Positions 59,898 to 64,000 of a DNA stretch of 64,000 nt are shown one piece after another. Both the position numbers and the translations under genes were made by a program. The DNA lies in NCBI GenBank assembly GCA_016188065.1, contig JACPIN010000002.1, positions 5,758 through 69,757 on the forward strand. Reading direction: 5' to 3'. How positions within the stretch are numbered: position 1 is the first letter of the stretch; every line of letters starts with the position of its first letter. The DNA comes from Candidatus Woesearchaeota archaeon (GTDB lineage: Archaea; Nanobdellota; Nanobdellia; SCGC-AAA011-G17; ARS1403). The notes under the pieces are model-generated. The model was not told the origin of the DNA. It made no database searches and saw only the letters and a program-made list of their open reading frames with translations.

Positions 59898-61499
59898 ATG
59901 AATATTGAACAGTATAAAGTTAAGATTTCAAGGGAAAAAAGATTAAAGAAATTACCGAAGAACATAGAATTAAATATCGATTTCAATAGAAATATTAAAA
60001 CTAAACCGATGAGAACTCAGTCCGGTGTAGCGCCAGTTGCTATCATGTCTTATCCTCGAGAATGTCCACACGGGACTTGCACTTTTTGTTGTGGAGGCGT
60101 AAACAGTTACTTTGGAAATATCCCAAAATCTTATACAGGAAATGAGCCTGCTTCTATGAGAGCTATTAGAAATAAATTTGATGCTTACCTGCAGGTCTTC
60201 AACAGATTGGAGCATTATGTTTTACTTGGACAGATTCCAGAAAAAGTTGAGCTGATAATTATGGGCGGAACTTTTCTTTCTTATCCCGAAGACTATCAGG
60301 ATAAATTTATTACTGATGCTTTTAAGGCTATGAATGATTTTGGTGAATTGTTTTTTGCTGATGGAGAATTGAATAAAAATAAATTTAAAGAATTTTTTGA
60401 ATTTAATTTGGAATTTAAATCTGAAGAAAGAACAAATAAGATACATGAAAAATTACTTGAACTGAAAAATAATTCTAAGCTAGAATCTGAGCAGGAAAAA
60501 AATGAGACTGCTAAAATAAGATGCATTGCTTTAGTTATTGAAACTAAGCCGGATTGGTGCAAAGAAGATCATATAAATCAAGCATTAAAATTAGGAGCTA
60601 CTAGAATTGAAATTGGCGTGCAGAGCTTAGATGATGCGGTTTTGAAGAGAATAAATCGGGGACATGATGTTGCTGATACGATAAAATGTTTTGAACTTTT
60701 AAAAAATGCAGGATATAAAGTAATTGCTCATTGGATGCCCGGGCTGCCAGGAGTTAATCCTGATGAGGAGGTAGAAAACTTCAAGAAATTATTTTCCGAT
60801 TCAAGATTCAGACCCGATGGGCTTAAGATTTATCCCTGCATGATTATGCCTGGAACTCCTTTGTATTTACAATATAAAAAAGGGTTATTCAAGCCATTAA
60901 GAACGAAAGAAGCAGCTGAGATTGTTGCTAAGGCTAAAGAGGCTATTCCAAAATATTGTAGAGTTTATAGAATCCAGAGGGATATTCCGACTAAGGTTAC
61001 AATTGATGGTGTTTGTTTGACTAATTTTAGGCAAGTTGTTCATGAGTTAATGAGTAAAAATGGAAAGAAATGTGAATGCATAAGGTGCAGGGAAATTAAA
61101 AACAATAGAGTTGATTGGAACAAGATAGAATTAAACAGAATTGATTACGAGGCAAGCAATGGCAAGGAAGTATTTTTGAGTTTTGACGACGCTGAAAATG
61201 ATTCTTTGCTAGGATTTTTGAGATTGAGGGTTCCAAATAGGAGCTTTAGAAAAGAAATCACAAAAGATTCAGCAATCGTCAGGGAAGTGCATGTATATGG
61301 AGAAGCTGCTAAAATCGGAGAAACAGGAAGCATTCAACATAGAGGATTAGGAAAAAAATTAATATTGGAAGCCGAGAGGATTTCAAAGCAAGAATTCAAC
61401 AAAAATAAAATCATTGTTATTTCTGGAATAGGCGTTAAAGAGTATTTCAAAAAGCTTGGCTACAGCAAAGATGGAGTTTATGTCTCTAAAACAATTTGA
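59898..61499 (+). CDS. elp3: Elp3 tRNA U34 carboxymethyltransferase (radical SAM + GNAT)
   Basis: CPHGTCTFC, PKSYTGNEP, REVHVYG, QHRGLG. Confidence 0.95.
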   Translation: MNIEQYKVKISREKRLKKLPKNIELNIDFNRNIKTKPMRTQSGVAPVAIMSYPRECPHGTCTFCCGGVNSYFGNIPKSYTGNEPASMRAIRNKFDAYLQVFNRLEHYVLLGQIPEKVELIIMGGTFLSYPEDYQDKFITDAFKAMNDFGELFFADGELNKNKFKEFFEFNLEFKSEERTNKIHEKLLELKNNSKLESEQEKNETAKIRCIALVIETKPDWCKEDHINQALKLGATRIEIGVQSLDDAVLKRINRGHDVADTIKCFELLKNAGYKVIAHWMPGLPGVNPDEEVENFKKLFSDSRFRPDGLKIYPCMIMPGTPLYLQYKKGLFKPLRTKEAAEIVAKAKEAIPKYCRVYRIQRDIPTKVTIDGVCLTNFRQVVHELMSKNGKKCECIRCREIKNNRVDWNKIELNRIDYEASNGKEVFLSFDDAENDSLLGFLRLRVPNRSFRKEITKDSAIVREVHVYGEAAKIGETGSIQHRGLGKKLILEAERISKQEFNKNKIIVISGIGVKEYFKKLGYSKDGVYVSKTI

Positions 61500-61568
61500 G
61501 CAGAAAAATTTAAATATTTGATTGACCAATTATTAAAAAATGATTCTTGCAATGTTGGGGGGCTATAA

Positions 61569-62219
61569 ATGATGCCCGAATTAAAGAAAAAACAATTAAT
61601 TGAGTTTTGGAGGGAGAATTTTGATTTTACAGAGGAAGAAATAGGCGCCTTTGCAAGTGTGAAAAGGGAAGATTTTATCTCTGAGAAAATAAAGGACTAT
61701 GCATACGAGGACACCCCGTTGCCATTGATAAGAGGAAAGACAATCTCTCAGCCGACAACAGTGATGATAATGACTTCTGCTCTGGAAATTGCGCCAGGGG
61801 AAAAAATATTCGAGGTAGGCACAGGTTCAGGATATCAGGCTGCTCTGCTTGCCAGGATAACAGGAGATAAAGGAAAAATAATAACCACGGAGGTTGTTCC
61901 TGAGCTAGTTGAATTTGCCAAAATTAATTTCAAGAAGTCTGGAATTAAAAACATTGAAGCATATGAATATGATGGCAGTAGGGGGATGGAAAAGGAAGCC
62001 AAGTTTGACAAGATAATAATTACGGCTGCATGCAAGGATTTCCCCCAGCCGCTGATTGACCAGCTAAAAGTAGGCGGTTTCATTATTGCTCCAATAGGAA
62101 ATAAAGACGAGCAGAATATGATTCGCGGAAGAAAGCTTGAAAATGGCAGGCTGGAATTAGATTTCTTGGGACCGTTTTTATTTACTCCAATGTACGGAGA
62201 ATATGGGTTTGAAATTTGA
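61569..62219 (+). CDS. pcm: protein-L-isoaspartate O-methyltransferase
   Basis: AYEDTPL, TISQP, EVGTGSGYQAA. Confidence 0.93.
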   Translation: MMPELKKKQLIEFWRENFDFTEEEIGAFASVKREDFISEKIKDYAYEDTPLPLIRGKTISQPTTVMIMTSALEIAPGEKIFEVGTGSGYQAALLARITGDKGKIITTEVVPELVEFAKINFKKSGIKNIEAYEYDGSRGMEKEAKFDKIIITAACKDFPQPLIDQLKVGGFIIAPIGNKDEQNMIRGRKLENGRLELDFLGPFLFTPMYGEYGFEI

Positions 62220-62294
62220 TATCTTTATTTATTCATATGACACATGTGACATACACCCGTAAGAGCTATATAAATCAAATATAAGCCCTTTCTT

Positions 62295-63011
62295 ATGAAA
62301 ATTGATTCATCAAATCTGGAGTTTAGTAAGAAGGATCTTGATAGAGGGATAATTATTCCTGATAAACTTTCATCTGAACTATCAGAGGATATTGGATTTC
62401 ATATAGGAGACGGTTACATGAAAAGAAGAAAAGACAATTATGGTCTTCATTATGATTTTGTCTATTCAGGAAAACACCCTGAAGATCTTGATTATTTTAA
62501 AAATGTATTAATTCCACGCAAGGAGAACCTTTTTAACTTAAAAAGAATGATAATAAAGAATCCAAAACCCAATGAAATTTTTTTGAGATTTCATTCAAAG
62601 GTCTTATTTTTGTTTTATCGGGATATTTTGGTTGTTAAAGAATATACAAAAACAGATATCAAAATACCTGAATGGGTTTTTCAATCATTAGATTTTCAAA
62701 AATCTTTTTTACGTGGAATGATGGACTCAGATGGATATTTTAAAACTGTAAAGAAAAATTATCCCATAATAGACTTTCATCTTCAAAGTAAAAATCTAAT
62801 AAAAGGAATGGGAAGGATCTTAGATAATTTGAATATTTCTTTCAGCTCATATAAAAGAGAACAATATGATAAAAGAACTAATAAGGTTTACGTTAAGTTC
62901 ATAGTTCAGATTAGTGGTAGAAAAAATATTCCTATATGGAAAGACGAGATTGGGTTTAAGAATTCAAAGCATATCGGGAGATATAATCGGTGGATACTGG
63001 GTCCGGGGTGA
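62295..63011 (+). CDS. free-standing LAGLIDADG endonuclease
   Basis: EDIGFHIGDG and FLRGMMDSDG; stop lies inside tRNA-Val. Confidence 0.88.
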   Translation: MKIDSSNLEFSKKDLDRGIIIPDKLSSELSEDIGFHIGDGYMKRRKDNYGLHYDFVYSGKHPEDLDYFKNVLIPRKENLFNLKRMIIKNPKPNEIFLRFHSKVLFLFYRDILVVKEYTKTDIKIPEWVFQSLDFQKSFLRGMMDSDGYFKTVKKNYPIIDFHLQSKNLIKGMGRILDNLNISFSSYKREQYDKRTNKVYVKFIVQISGRKNIPIWKDEIGFKNSKHIGRYNRWILGPG

Positions 63012-63098
63012 GTCGAACACCCGATCTCCGCCTTGTAAGGGCGACGTCATTTATGGAATCTTTCTCCTTGAAAAATTTAACCACTAGACCACGGACCC
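62998..63098 (-). tRNA. tRNA-Val(UAC) with a 28-nt D-loop BHB intron (63051-63078)
   Basis: GTGG/CCAT helix with TT|A and AA|A bulges; CT-TAC-AA loop. Confidence 0.88.
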
Positions 63099-63205
63099 GT
63101 ACTTATTCATTAAAATTTTTCCATTAAAAAGGTTGTGTTTTTTCAAATATATACTCTAGAATATAAATACAAAGGTTTTTAAATAAAAAACTGCAGGAGG
63201 GGATT

Positions 63206-64000
63206 ATGAAGTCTCAGAAAGTTGAGCAGGGCATAGAGGCCATTAAGGAAGAAAATCTTGATGAGATAAAGAAAAATTTACAGGAAGCAAAGGCAAAGAT
63301 AGACAAATTTCAAAAAAATCTTCTGAAAAAATTCGATAAATACATTGCAGGCATTGCTCTTCTCCCTCCAAAAAAAGAAGACAAAGGCAAGGTTGACTTG
63401 TTTGTCCTATTTGATGATTCTGACAGCAAGAAAATGCACAAATTAGAGCTGAAAGACAGGCTGTTTTCTATAACAAAAAGCATTGCCGAAGAGGCAGACA
63501 AAAATTTTGTAGTTGAGCTTGCTCTTCTCAGCGAGTTGAAGCAGGATTGCTTTGACAGCAAGTGGGAGCTGATCGGTCTGGTTGGGATTGGAATGATCCT
63601 TTATGATCCAAATCATTTGCTTGCCGCAGTCAAGATAAGCGAAGTGCACAAAAACATGGTTCTAAAAAAGTTTGATAAATATATTGTCAGCTATGTTGCA
63701 GCAGGCAGCTTATTCAGGGGAGAAAAGGCAAATGACATTGATGTATATGTTATTGTAGATGATACAGATGTAAAAAGGATGCCCCGTTTTGAATTAAAGG
63801 AAAAATTAAGGGCAATAATAATCAGCCAGGGCTTCGAGGCAAGCGCAATTACTAAAGTGGACAAAAAATTCCACATCCAGGTTTATATTTTAACAGATTT
63901 CTGGGAAGGCATAAAAGATGCAAATCCTGTTTTCTTTACTTTCTTGAGAGACGGTGTTCCATTATATGACAGGGGGGTATTCATGCCTTGGAAATTAATG
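63206..64000 (+). CDS. Pol-beta-type nucleotidyltransferase-domain protein (partial)
   Basis: VAAGSLFRGEKANDIDVYVIVDDTD; runs off the window. Confidence 0.75.
   Translation, partial: MKSQKVEQGIEAIKEENLDEIKKNLQEAKAKIDKFQKNLLKKFDKYIAGIALLPPKKEDKGKVDLFVLFDDSDSKKMHKLELKDRLFSITKSIAEEADKNFVVELALLSELKQDCFDSKWELIGLVGIGMILYDPNHLLAAVKISEVHKNMVLKKFDKYIVSYVAAGSLFRGEKANDIDVYVIVDDTDVKRMPRFELKEKLRAIIISQGFEASAITKVDKKFHIQVYILTDFWEGIKDANPVFFTFLRDGVPLYDRGVFMPWKLM

Overview
AT-rich archaeal chromosome segment, most likely DPANN (Woesearchaeales/Pacearchaeales-like; inferred from gene content). The housekeeping core comprises rpoH-B''-B'-A'-A''-rpl30e-nusA-rps12-rps7, aCPSF1, psmB, cca, kae1, elp3, pcm, nfo, ychF and five tRNAs. 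The first ~12 kb is an accessory island. It holds a diversity-generating retroelement (template repeat TR 6938-7042, RT 7067-8176) whose three target paralogues are interleaved in one operon with a MoxR-type AAA+ ATPase and an HExxH-metallopeptidase/vWA protein, and all three targets share a 21-aa N-terminal tag. The most unusual signal is that the TR is interrupted by an 18-nt insert absent from every variable repeat (VR). It folds into an archaeal bulge-helix-bulge (BHB) motif whose canonical cut sites restore exact TR/VR colinearity, suggesting a DGR template RNA that needs tRNA-type splicing. A second BHB intron (16 nt) interrupts the kae1 coding sequence, and four more lie in tRNA-Ile(UAU), tRNA-Lys and tRNA-Val. 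Also present: four free-standing LAGLIDADG genes abutting conserved loci, a bacterial-type sigma-70, many toxin-antitoxin modules (several toxins broken), and a family of small structured intergenic repeats. All alignments and folds were done by eye; no searches were run.
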